From: Tubiluchus corallicola
Lineage: Eukaryota > Animalia > Priapulida
Reading direction: 5' to 3'
Assembly (NCBI GenBank): GCA_030141605.1
Contig: JAQGDQ010002103.1
Coordinates: forward strand, 1 to 14,916
Length of the DNA: 14,916 nucleotides
In this document: positions 1-9,553 of the stretch, one piece after another
Layout: every line of letters begins with the position of its first letter
Numbering within the stretch: the first letter of the stretch is position 1
Notes under the pieces: generated by a model
The model's input: the letters and a program-made list of their open reading frames with translations, nothing else
What the model was told of the DNA's origin: nothing
Databases searched by the model: none
Position numbers and translations under genes: made by a program

Positions 1-307
1 TGGTGACACTCACGTAGGAGGCCCCTTCACAAGTTTAGAGCTGCCCTTTGGCTGTAACAAACGACACTTGCTAATTCTTCTTTTGGATGAAAATTAGTTT
101 ATGCGAAGAGAAGAGCTGTGATTAGTACAGCTAGGCATTGTTGCAGTAATTAATGAATTCACTTGAGAACGAAGTAATCCATTTATAACACGCCAAAGGA
201 TGTATCATTCTTGTTGTATTAATAATTTTTCTGTGCATCTTCCGAATGAACTGCGCATGATCAAGAATTGTTTTGCTATCCGGAAAGTCATAATCAAAGT
301 CATCAAC

Positions 308-313
<6 letters not shown>

Positions 314-354
<41 letters not shown>
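314..354. repeat. (TA)n microsatellite
   Basis: About 20 uninterrupted AT/TA dinucleotides; explains the YIYIYI run of ORF 268..480. Confidence 0.97.
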
Positions 355-355
<1 letters not shown>

Positions 356-424
356 CAGACCATAGTATTTGTATTAGAACAGGGCGCCCATTGTTGCTTT
401 ACCTTTTGCGTGAGGGTCTCTTTC

Positions 425-434
425 TGCGCATGCG
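425..434. promoter_or_regulatory. NRF1-like motif TGCGCATGCG
   Basis: Matches the core of the NRF1/Ewg consensus YGCGCAYGCGC. Partial copy at ~252; strong donor G|GTAAGT at 560/561 downstream. Motif match only, function not shown. Confidence 0.35.
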
Positions 435-1086
435 TGGCATTGAAATCTATGTCCTTGCTTTAGTTTCGGTTTTGCTCTGAAACATGGCTGTCAGTGAGCA
501 AGTAACAATAAAAGGCCGTTACCAGCAGACTCGAGATTTGCTTTAAAATTAGGCCTAATGGTAAGTATTACCATTAGGAACAACAATTGGGGCAATGTGA
601 AAAGACAGTTAAATAGCAATTACAGAACAGTTGCTAATAAATTCAGGTTTTCTCACGGGCCACTTTTCTTTGGAGTCCGTTAACAGAAAACTGATTGCTT
701 GATATCTTCCATTTTTGCAGTAGATGAGCGGCAGTTGGACGAGCTTGGGGCAACAGTATAAAAAACAGCAAGATACCAAATTGTTAACTTTCTTACTAGG
801 TGGGGAGGTGGGAGAAGAGGCTGGTAGGGTCTGCCTCCCTCCTTGTCACAAATGCGAGCTCAATTTAATATTTACTTTTCAATTAACTAATTTATTACTT
901 CGTGTTACTTTTCATTTGTATTTTTAAATTTAACTTTCATTAAGTGCTGACACCTATCGACACACTTTGTATTTATCACCTAATATTTTGCTGCCGCTAT
1001 TGAAACTAGGGAATTTGGCTTTCAGAGTTAATGTAGTGGATTTTCACACCAGGCTGCTAGATAAGAGCAATAAGCATAAGCATAGG

Positions 1087-2460
1087 CAGTAGGGAGTGCA
1101 AAATAATATTTTTCACTCAGATGTGAATAGACCTTTAACTGTTTTTCAACGATGTTTACCAGTAGGGGGTTCAAATGATATTTTTCACTCAGATGTGAAT
1201 AGACCTTTAACTGTTTTCAACGATGTTTACCAGTAGGGGGTTCAAATGATATTTTTCACTCAGATGTGAATACACCTTTAACTGTTTTTCAACGATGTTT
1301 ACCAGTAGGGGGTTCAAATGATATTTTTCACTCAGATGTGAATAGACCTTTAACTGTTTTCAACGATGTTTACCAGTAGGGGGTTCAAATGATATTTTTC
1401 GCTCAGATGTGAATAGACCTTTAACTGTTTTTCAACGATGTTTACCAGTAGGGGGTTCAAATGATATTTTTCACTCAGATGTGAATAGACCTTTAACTGT
1501 TTTTCAACGATGTTTACCAGTAGGGGGTTCAAATGATATTTTTCACTCAGATGTGAATAGACCTTTAACTGTTTTTCAACTATGTTTACCAGTAGGGGGT
1601 TCAAAATAATATTTTTCACTCAGATGTGAATACACCTTTAACTGTTTTTCAACGATGTTTACCAGTAGGGGGTTCAAAATAATATTTTTCACTCAGATGT
1701 GAGTACTCATTTAACTGTTTTCAACGATGTTTACCAGTAGGGGTTCAAATGATATTTTTCACTCAGATGTGAATAGACCTTTAACTGTTTTTCAACGATG
1801 TTTACCAGTAGGGGGTTCAAATGATATTTTTCACTCAGATGTGAATAGACCTTTAACTGTTTTTCAACGATGTTTACCAGTAGGGTGTTCAAATGATATT
1901 TTTCACTCAGATGTGAATAGACCTTTAACTGTTTTTCAACGATGTTTACCAGTAGGGGGTTCAAATGATATTTTTCACTCAGATGTGAATAGACCTTTAA
2001 CTGTTTTTCAACGATGTTTACCAGTAGGGGGTTCAAAATGATATTTTTCACTCTGATGTGAATAGACCTTTAACTGTTTTTCAACGATGTTTACCAGTAG
2101 GGTGTTCAAATGATATTTTTCACTCAGATGTGAATAGACCTTTAACTGTTTTTCAACGATGTTTACCAGTAGGGGGTTCAAATGATATTTTTCACTCAGA
2201 TGTGAATAGACCTTTAACTGTTTTTCAACGATGTTTACCAGTAGGGGGTTCAAAATAATATTTTTCACTCAGATGTGAATAGACCTTTAACTGTTTTTCA
2301 ACGATGTTTACCAGTAGGGGGTTCAAATGATATTTTTCACTCAGATGTGAATAGACCTTTAACTGTTTTTCAACGATGTTTACCAGTAGGGGGTTCAAAT
2401 GATATTTTTTCACTCAGATGTGAATAGACCTTTAACTGTTTTTCAAGGATGTTTACCAGT
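1087..2460. repeat. Tandem satellite, 72-bp unit, ~19 copies
   Basis: Unit TTTTTCACTCAGATGTGAATAGACCTTTAACTGTTTTTCAACGATGTTTACCAGTAGGGGGTTCAAATGATA repeated head-to-tail with no spacers; differences are 1-bp homopolymer indels and a few substitutions. Confidence 0.98.
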
Positions 2461-3063
2461 TCTGTGGATATTTGTTTATGAGGAGAATACAATACAGAGC
2501 AGAAATGCTCATCTATAACTGTGTTATTTCCTTAGTCCACAACTCTTTCACGAGTCACAACGAGACACTCCAAATCATGTTTCCTCTAGGGTCACTCAAG
2601 AACGCGCCTTACTCCTACCCTTGATACTATTGAAAACTCTTCAGGGAGAATCAGGCGTTATAAACGCAATTTTCAACTCTCTGCTCTACAAATGTCTGGC
2701 TTCAGCCGTGAGCATTGTTTACTTGGTGCAAATAAGGAAACATTAATCTCGCACTAGAAGCCATAAGCTATTTTTCAAGCTTATAGGCGACTAAAACATC
2801 TCTCTCTCGGCTTATACTGAAATCGAACGCAATGCTATTAGAATAATGAAATTATTTTATCATCAAATGCTCGCACAAAAGCCAGGCTGGTGCGGTTGTA
2901 ATGCGATTTCAATTTGTGAAGCGACTCGCGGTGGAATAACAAGAGGGGAGAAGCTAAAAAGGGAAGCAAAGGAGGGGGTATTTGCTTAACTGCTTTTACG
3001 TTGGTTGTAAATTTCTTGGCGCCTTAAGACGCCAGTGATAAGGCTCTACGTAAATGTTAGCTT

Positions 3064-3500
<437 letters not shown>

Positions 3501-4638
3501 CAGTCTGAGGAAATGATACGAGACAAATTAATATTGACACTTCAGCATGACATTTTAGGTGGTTATAACTGCGCATGGGTAGTAACTGTTGTTTTTCAAA
3601 TGCATGCTACGCATGCGTTCTTAGTGTTTTGTCATTGTGAGAAAGCTTTGTCATAAATGTGACTTTTAGAATGATCGATTATTGAAAATTCCCACAAGAT
3701 GATATGCGCGGGTCCTTGACCTTTAGATTCTTGTTCACTCGTCCATAGACATAATTTGCAAACACGTTTTCCCAAGTTTCAATTCATCTAAAAGTGCACC
3801 GGCTTCTAACAGTTCCTATTTCTAGTCAATAGACAGCGCTAAGTTATGCGTAACGTGCTATTATTAACACTGCTGGTGCTGCCCTCTTCTTGAATTATTA
3901 CTGAACTAACGGACGTTAGTGTACTTTTTAAACAATGACGTTACTAGTGATATAAAAAGCGAAACGTTTTTCTGACACCGGTGTCCAACTTTTAAAAACT
4001 ATTTTCCATTCTCTAACATGTGAGTGGGTATAAATTAACCATTATTTTAATATTATTTGTTAACCTGAATAAGTGAAATTGACGTTTTAATGCTTAAAAT
4101 GGGAAAATTAACTTACAATCTTTGCCATAGAGGTCAACTTCCCTGAGGGACATTAGTAAATCAACAGAGAGGCAGGAATTAGAAAGCTTTAATGTCTGAT
4201 ACCGTCTTAGAATCGACCAAGCATGGCGACGAGCTCAGGTTTTACATTTATTGATTTGGCCAAAAAAGGCAACACACGGTTTAAATGCTGAAGAAAACGT
4301 GTTTGTGCGTTTGCGACACCTATGAGTACTATTATGTTTCTGCAAATGTACTTTCAGCTAAGTTGTTACGGTGTGCACTTTGCGACAAAGTTGAGCAATA
4401 TTAAGCCTGGGCACCACTACAGTTATTTATCTAATTAAAGAACGTGAATCATGATGACAAATCAATTAAAGGAAAGGCCATGTCTTCCAGGAATTTAGGC
4501 TTATTTCAATGTTTGGGGAAATCTTGGAAGGATTCAGTAATCAAAGTGTGATAAGCGCCTCGTGTAATCAGTAAAATCACCTTGAAGTCGTGATCGTTTC
4601 ATTTTTGGGCGCTTCCATTTTGTACGCCATTTCTTCCA

Positions 4639-4652
4639 CCAATGACGTCATT
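4639..4652. promoter_or_regulatory. Full CRE (TGACGTCA) in a 12-bp palindrome with overlapping CCAAT
   Basis: CCAATGACGTCATT: CCAAT 4639-4643, TGACGTCA 4643-4650, palindrome AATGACGTCATT 4641-4652; half-site TGCGTCA at 4844-4850. Motif match only. Confidence 0.35.
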
Positions 4653-5360
4653 CGTTAACTGAAGAATAACAGCACGCTGTAAATTTCGGTCAAATCTACA
4701 CTCACAAAACATTAGACAGCAGATTTTGTGATATATTTGCATGGATATTATTGGTAGAGCTGGAGAAGTTTTAATTAGTTTAAGCATAGCGCGGTTACGG
4801 AAAGCCACGATGCACTTACGAAAAGTCGCGAAGCCCATGCTGCTGCGTCATAATTTTATTAGTGAATGGCGGCTACTACCGTACCTGAAAATTTCTATAC
4901 AGCGGTAGTATAAATTAACTTCATGCTCTACAAACAGTTTTTTGCACATTTCTTTTTTACATTTTTCTAAGTTTAAGTGATAACTGTAAAATAAATCCAA
5001 TTTGCAAAGTGACTTGTCCTTTTCTTTAACACTGAAAAGGAAGACAATCAGTTGGATTGAAAAGCTAAAAATAATTTGTAATTTAGTAACAAGTATCGTA
5101 AAACAGGAAAAGAAGCGTAGAAACGTGAAAAAAAATCAAATTTTTTAAGCTGATAGATGTGTGATAACGTCTTTCACTGCGATATTATTCCGTTGAAATG
5201 GGCACTACGTCTCCAGTCTATCCAAAAGTCATACAGACAAAGACAAATGTGTTAATTTGAAACATTCTCTAAGTTGTTGTTTATTCTTATGGTTCTTCAT
5301 CCTTGCCGTGTCTTCGCAATTTGTTTATTTAATCTGACAATGATTTTGTTTATATTTCAG

Positions 5361-5486
5361 GTTACTTGGGAAACAACAGGATGAAAAGGGTTTACTAAAA
5401 CACGAAGAAGTTGACGAATTAGAGTGTCCGCAAGAAAAGAAGGGACTACCTTGTAGAATACAGTGTCCTTGCAATATTAGTAAAAG
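5361..5486 (+). CDS. VGLUT: Vesicular glutamate transporter (SLC17A6/7/8-like), internal coding exon, cytosolic N-terminus
   Basis: Acceptor tttgtttatatttcag| and donor AG|gtaagc; 126 nt, phase 2-2, open: LLGKQQDEKGLLKHEEVDELECPQEKKGLPCRIQCPCNISK(R). Splices in frame to 9408 (AG+G = Arg), giving CPCNISKRYLLA, comparable to VGLUT2 CTCFGLPRRYIIA. Not in the ORF track. Confidence 0.88.
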
Positions 5487-5700
5487 GTAAGCAAGTGTGG
5501 TGTTTCACCTCACACGGTATAGATGTTGAAGGTTGTTTTTATTTGAAATTTAAAAAAGTGTTCAAAGTGAACAAGGTACTCACTAAAGGGAACGGAAATA
5601 GTCAGCAGACATGATCCTTGATCTGCTAAGAAGTTAAGCAAGGTGGGGCAAGCTGGCTAGGTATTCTGGTACCCAGGTCAGTTCAGCAGCAATTTAGTTG

Positions 5701-7430
5701 TATACTAATTAGACTGACAAATCCAGCTAATAATGTCTTTAATGACCATGATGGTAGTCCACTTACTCACTCACTCGCTCACTCACTCGCTCACTCACTC
5801 ACTCACTCACTCACTCACTCACTCACTTGCTAATTATACTAATTAGACTGACAAATCCAGCTAATAATGTCTTTAATGACCATGATGGTAGTCCACTTAC
5901 TCACTCACTCACTCACTCATTCACTCACTCACTTGCTAATTATACTAATTAGACGGACAAATTCAGCTAATAATGTCTTTAGTGACCATGATGGTAGTCC
6001 AATTACTCACTCACTCGCTTGCTTGCTTGTTTGCTTGCTTACTTACTTACTTGCTCACTCACTCACTCACCCACTCACTCACTCACTAACCCACTCACTC
6101 ACTCACTCACTCACTCACTCACTAACCCACTAACCCACTCACTCACTCACTCACTCACTCACTTGCTAATTATACTAATTAGACTGACAAATCCAGCTAA
6201 TAATGTCTTTAGTGACCATGATGGTAGTCCACTTACTCACTCACTCACTCATTCACTCACTCACTTGCTAATTATACTAATTAGAATGACAAATCCAGGT
6301 AATAATGTCTTTAATGACCTTGATGGTAGTCCAATTACTCACTCACTCACTCACTCACTCACTCACTCACTCACTCACGCGTTCGCTTACTCACTCACTC
6401 ACTTGCAAATTATACTAATTAGACTGACAAATCCAGCTAATAATGTCTTTAATGACCATGATGGTAGTCCAATTACTCACTCACTCACTCACTCACTCAC
6501 TCGCTCGCCGCTCGCTTACTCACTCACTCACTCACTTGCAAATTATACTAATTAGACTGACAAATCCAGCTAATAATGTCTTTAATGACCATGATGGTAG
6601 TCCACTTACTCACTCACTCACTCACTCACTCACTCGCCGCTCACTCACTCACTCACTCACTCACTTGCTAATTATACTAATTAGACGGACAAATCCAGCT
6701 AATAATGTCTTTAATGACCATGATGGTAGTCCACTTACTCACTCACTCACTCACTCACTCACTCACTCACTCACTCGCTCGCCGCTCGCTTACTCACTCA
6801 CTCACTCACTTGCAAATTATACTAATTAGACTGACAAATCCAGCTAATAATGTCTTTAATGACCATGATGGTAGTCCACTTACTCACTCACTCACTCACT
6901 CACTCACTCGCCGCTCACTCACTCACTCACTCACTCACTTGCTAATTATACTAATTAGACGGACAAATCCAGCTAATAATGTCTTTAATGACCATGATGG
7001 TAGTCCACTTACTCACTCACTCACTCACTCACTCACTCACTCACTCACTCACTCACTCGCTCGCCGCTCGCTTACTCACTCACTCACTCACTCACTCACT
7101 CACTTGCAAATTATACTAATTAGACTGACAAATCCAGCTAATAATGTCTTTAATGACCATGATGGTAGTCCACTTACTCACTCACTCACTCACTCACTCA
7201 CTCACTCACTCACTTGCTAATTATACTAATTAGACTGACAAATCCGGGTAATAATGTCTTTAATGACCATGATGGTAGTCCAATTACTCACTCACTCGCT
7301 TGCTTGCTTGTTTGCTTGCTTACTTACTTACTTGCCCACTCACTCACCCACTCACTCACTTACTTAACTTGCCTTATCTTCTTGTTAATTTATTTATTTG
7401 TTTATTAATTTATTTACTTACTTATTTATT
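5701..7430. repeat. Composite minisatellite: 12 copies of a ~65-70-bp core separated by variable (TCAC)n tracts
   Basis: Core TATACTAATTAGACTGACAAATCCAGCTAATAATGTCTTTAATGACCATGATGGTAGTCCACTTAC starts at about 5701, 5835, 5941, 6171, 6273, 6411, 6544, 6673, 6817, 6947, 7112, 7222; decays into (CTTG/CTTA/TTTA)n to ~7430. Confidence 0.96.
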
Positions 7431-7650
7431 GGAGCTGAGCCAATTTCGTCACAAAATCCAAGTACGACCTTTTTTCAAACGCAGAAAAATTGATTTATAT
7501 TAATTTGATTTTTGCGCCGAATGTAAAGAAATTCATGACAATAATCATTTTTCGAAAACCAACATCTTTTCTAATAAAATGCCTCTTCACAAAACAATAA
7601 AAACAAAGTCGTTTGCGGCTCGTGGCGATATTAAAATGCGCGAAATGCGT

Positions 7651-7667
7651 ATCGCCAGTCGGACAAT
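7651..7667. repeat. Target-site duplication, left copy (ATCGCCAGTCGGACAAT)
   Basis: Identical 17-mer at 8175-8191 (18 bp if the shared preceding T is counted); abuts the (CTT)12 tail. Confidence 0.95.
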
Positions 7668-8174
7668 CTTCTTCTTCTTCTTCTTCTTCTTCTTCTTCTT
7701 CTTCCCAGCTTTTCCCTATTCGGGGTCGCCGTTGTGAATGAGTCTTCTCCACGCATTCCTGTTGTTGACCATCTCTTCATTTATGTCTTCCCTTCCCACA
7801 TGATCTTCACCGACTCTTCTTTTCAGGTGTCCATACCATCGCAATCTTGCGAGGCTTCCACTACTTTTACTGTTCCTCTGATATTATTATTTCTAATTTT
7901 ATCTCTTCTTGTTATTCCCACCATCCATCTCAACATCCTCATCTCCACCACATCCATTTTCTTCTCTTCGGTCTTCCTTAGAGAAGCTGCTTCCAGCCCA
8001 TAGATTGGAGCGGGTCTGACCACTCCTTCGTGGACTTTACGACTCATTCATAGAAGGTTTTGACGCAGTTTTTACAAGCGGATGCCCTTCCTGACCCTAA
8101 CCCTCCCTATTTATCCGGGCTTGGGACCGGCACTGAGTTGGGCTGGCTTGCCCCCCCCCCCCAGTGGCTTTGTT
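7668..8174 (-). mobile_element. Non-autonomous, internally deleted RTE-clade non-LTR retrotransposon (~507 bp)
   Basis: Minus-strand order: twister ribozyme, GGAAGGGCATCCG..GTAAAA 5'UTR segment, RTE ORF C-terminal remnants, TAG, very short 3'UTR, (GAA)12 tail; bounded by a perfect 17-bp TSD. Confidence 0.92.
7716..8040 (-). pseudogene. Frameshifted and deleted C-terminal remnant of RTE retrotransposon ORF (downstream of RT core)
   Basis: KVHEGVVRPAPIYGLEAASLRKTEEKKMDVVEMRMLRWMVGITRRDKIRNNNIRGTVKVVEAS, then a frameshift to 7850-7716 ARLRWYGHLKRRVGEDHVGR/EDINEEMVNNRNAWRRLIHNGDPE*. EMRMLRW, DKIRN and RLRWxGHxxRR are characteristic RTE motifs; the usual RGRP..RW block is missing. Confidence 0.9.
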
Positions 8175-8175
8175 A
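8091..8175 (-). ncRNA. Twister self-cleaving ribozyme (P1 type, with P3), probably impaired in this copy
   Basis: Minus strand U|AACAAAGCC-ACUGGG..CUCAGU-GCCGGUCCCAAGCCCGGAUAAAUAGGGAGGG-UUAGGGUCAG matches the twister core as I recall it from the rice example (U|AACACUGCC..UGCCGGUCCCAAGCCCGGAUAAAAGUGGAGGG). P4 CCGG/CCGG and P3 ACUGGG/CUCAGU pair; P2 (CAAA vs UAGG) has two mismatches. Confidence 0.88.
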
Positions 8176-8191
8176 TCGCCAGTCGGACAAT
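8175..8191. repeat. Target-site duplication, right copy
   Basis: ATCGCCAGTCGGACAAT, identical to 7651-7667. Confidence 0.95.
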
Positions 8192-8359
8192 ACTAACGAA
8201 AAATTTTGGATCAGATTTTCGAGGGGCGAGGGAAGGGAGGGGTCATTGATGATTTATGTAGTGTTCTCTTTTTTCTAACAATAAGAACGTCATACTCGAA
8301 GGTATGTAAAAGTTGTACAGATTACAACACACCACAGTAAATGTGTCAGAGGAAGAACT

Positions 8360-8620
8360 GCACGGAAAAAACGACAGGAATGGAAAACTAGGAAAAAATG
8401 ACACCTAACCCCACCCTATTCCTAATTCTGACTCTAAACTTAACCCTAATACAAATCCCTCTACCTGAAAGATAATCATAATTCTCTTATAATTCTCTAG
8501 AAAGCTCCTAAATGAACACGTTACATTAAGTGTGCCATTTTTCCGTTTTTCCTTTGGTGCCTTTAATCCTGTGCTGTTTTATGCTGTGTGATATTTACTA
8601 TGCCGTCATAACCTGTGCCA
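8360..8620. repeat. Degenerate element with inverted GGAAAAAATGACAC/GTGCCATTTTTCC motifs around a decayed (CCTAAC)n ladder
   Basis: Inverted pair 8391-8404 and 8532-8544; hexamer-periodic CCTAAC-like run ~8404-8450. Boundaries uncertain. Confidence 0.45.
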
Positions 8621-8933
8621 TATTCGTTTATTTGAGACATTTTATAGATATGGTCGCTATATTTGCACTATGAAAGCCTGTGATCACAGTTTTATTGTAA
8701 AAGTTTAAGGTATAAAGGCCAATGCACACACATATGCCACTCACTTACTCCTGGGTCTTAAAGTATATTCACATGCATCTGAGCGGTGAGAGGGTGAAAC
8801 CCACAACGTACGGCAGTAACGCGAGCGACACGTATGGCAATGGTAAACCCAGAATGTGCCCGTCTTTTCTTTTTCTTTCTTTTTTTTAATTTTTCTTTAT
8901 TGTACTTTATTGTATGTGTGCCTAAATAATATA

Positions 8934-9342
8934 TAGGTTTTACACGTCAAATGTAGACACAGGAAAGTTCAAATGTGACTTAGGTAAGTCAAATGTAGAC
9001 ATAGGAATTTCGAATGTGTTTTGGTAACTCAAATGTGACTTAGGTAAGTCAAATGTAGACATAGGACATTTCGAATGTGCTTTGGTAACTCAAACGTGAC
9101 TTAGGTAAGTCAAATGTAGACATAGGACATTTGACTTGACATGTGTCTACATTTGACTTACCAAAAACGCTTAAGATTTCTTGAAAGCAATTGTTAACAC
9201 ATTTGAACTACCTAAGTCTACATTTGAGTTACCAAGACACATTTGAACTACCTAAGTCTACATTTGAGTTACCAAGACACATTTGAATTACCTAAATCTA
9301 CATTTCACTTAACGTAGGTCTACATTTGACGTGTAAAACCTA
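8934..9342. mobile_element. Foldback/MITE-like DNA element, short (internally deleted) copy
   Basis: Perfect terminal inverted repeat TAGGTTTTACACGTCAAATGTAGAC (8934-8958) / GTCTACATTTGACGTGTAAAACCTA (9318-9342). Arms built of ~20-bp CAAATGT-containing subrepeats, inverted in the right arm. TSD ambiguous (TA, or 7-bp TAATATA). Confidence 0.9.
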
Positions 9343-9407
9343 TAATATATGGTAACTTCTTTCGTTTGCTAGTTGTTGACTGCACATTGCTTTTCTACGT
9401 ATTTCAG

Positions 9408-9531
9408 GTATCTTCTAGCTCTACTAAGTAGTCTTGGATTTTTAATTTCGTTCGGGATTCGATGTAATCTTGGTGTCGCCATTGTTCAAATGACAAACAA
9501 TCACACGGATCACAGAACTAACAAGATGGTG
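9408..9531 (+). CDS. VGLUT: Vesicular glutamate transporter (SLC17A6/7/8-like), exon encoding TM1 and start of first lumenal loop
   Basis: Acceptor ttttctacgtatttcag|, donor GTG|gtgagt; 124 nt, phase 2-0. (R)[41 protein letters not shown] aligns without gaps to VGLUT2 [42 protein letters not shown], including [14 protein letters not shown] and the N-glycosylation sequon. Confidence 0.96.
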
Positions 9532-9553
9532 GTGAGTAGAATAATATTACGAC

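Noticed and set aside
724-927. ORF MSGSWTSLGQQYKKQQDTK resembling VGLUT2 SLGQIYRVLEKKQDT
   Set aside because: The KQQD-equivalent is already in exon 5361 and no good phase-2 donor follows; treated as chance, despite an acceptor-like TTTTTGCAG at 712-720.
1350-2413. ORFs with 24-aa repeats on both strands
   Set aside because: A consequence of the 72-bp unit; frames are broken by homopolymer indels and resemble no protein I recognise.
5701-7430. CRISPR-like repeat/spacer architecture
   Set aside because: Repeats are ~65-70 bp, spacers are low-complexity (TCAC)n rather than unique sequence, there are no cas genes, and the context is a eukaryotic intron.
5867-7503. THSL-repeat ORFs
   Set aside because: Translations of (TCAC)n linkers; frame shifts between units.
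7495-8278. ORFs 7495..7752, 7734..8003 and 8060..8278
   Set aside because: Off-frame or antisense readings of the RTE remnant, its (GAA)n tail and the ribozyme.
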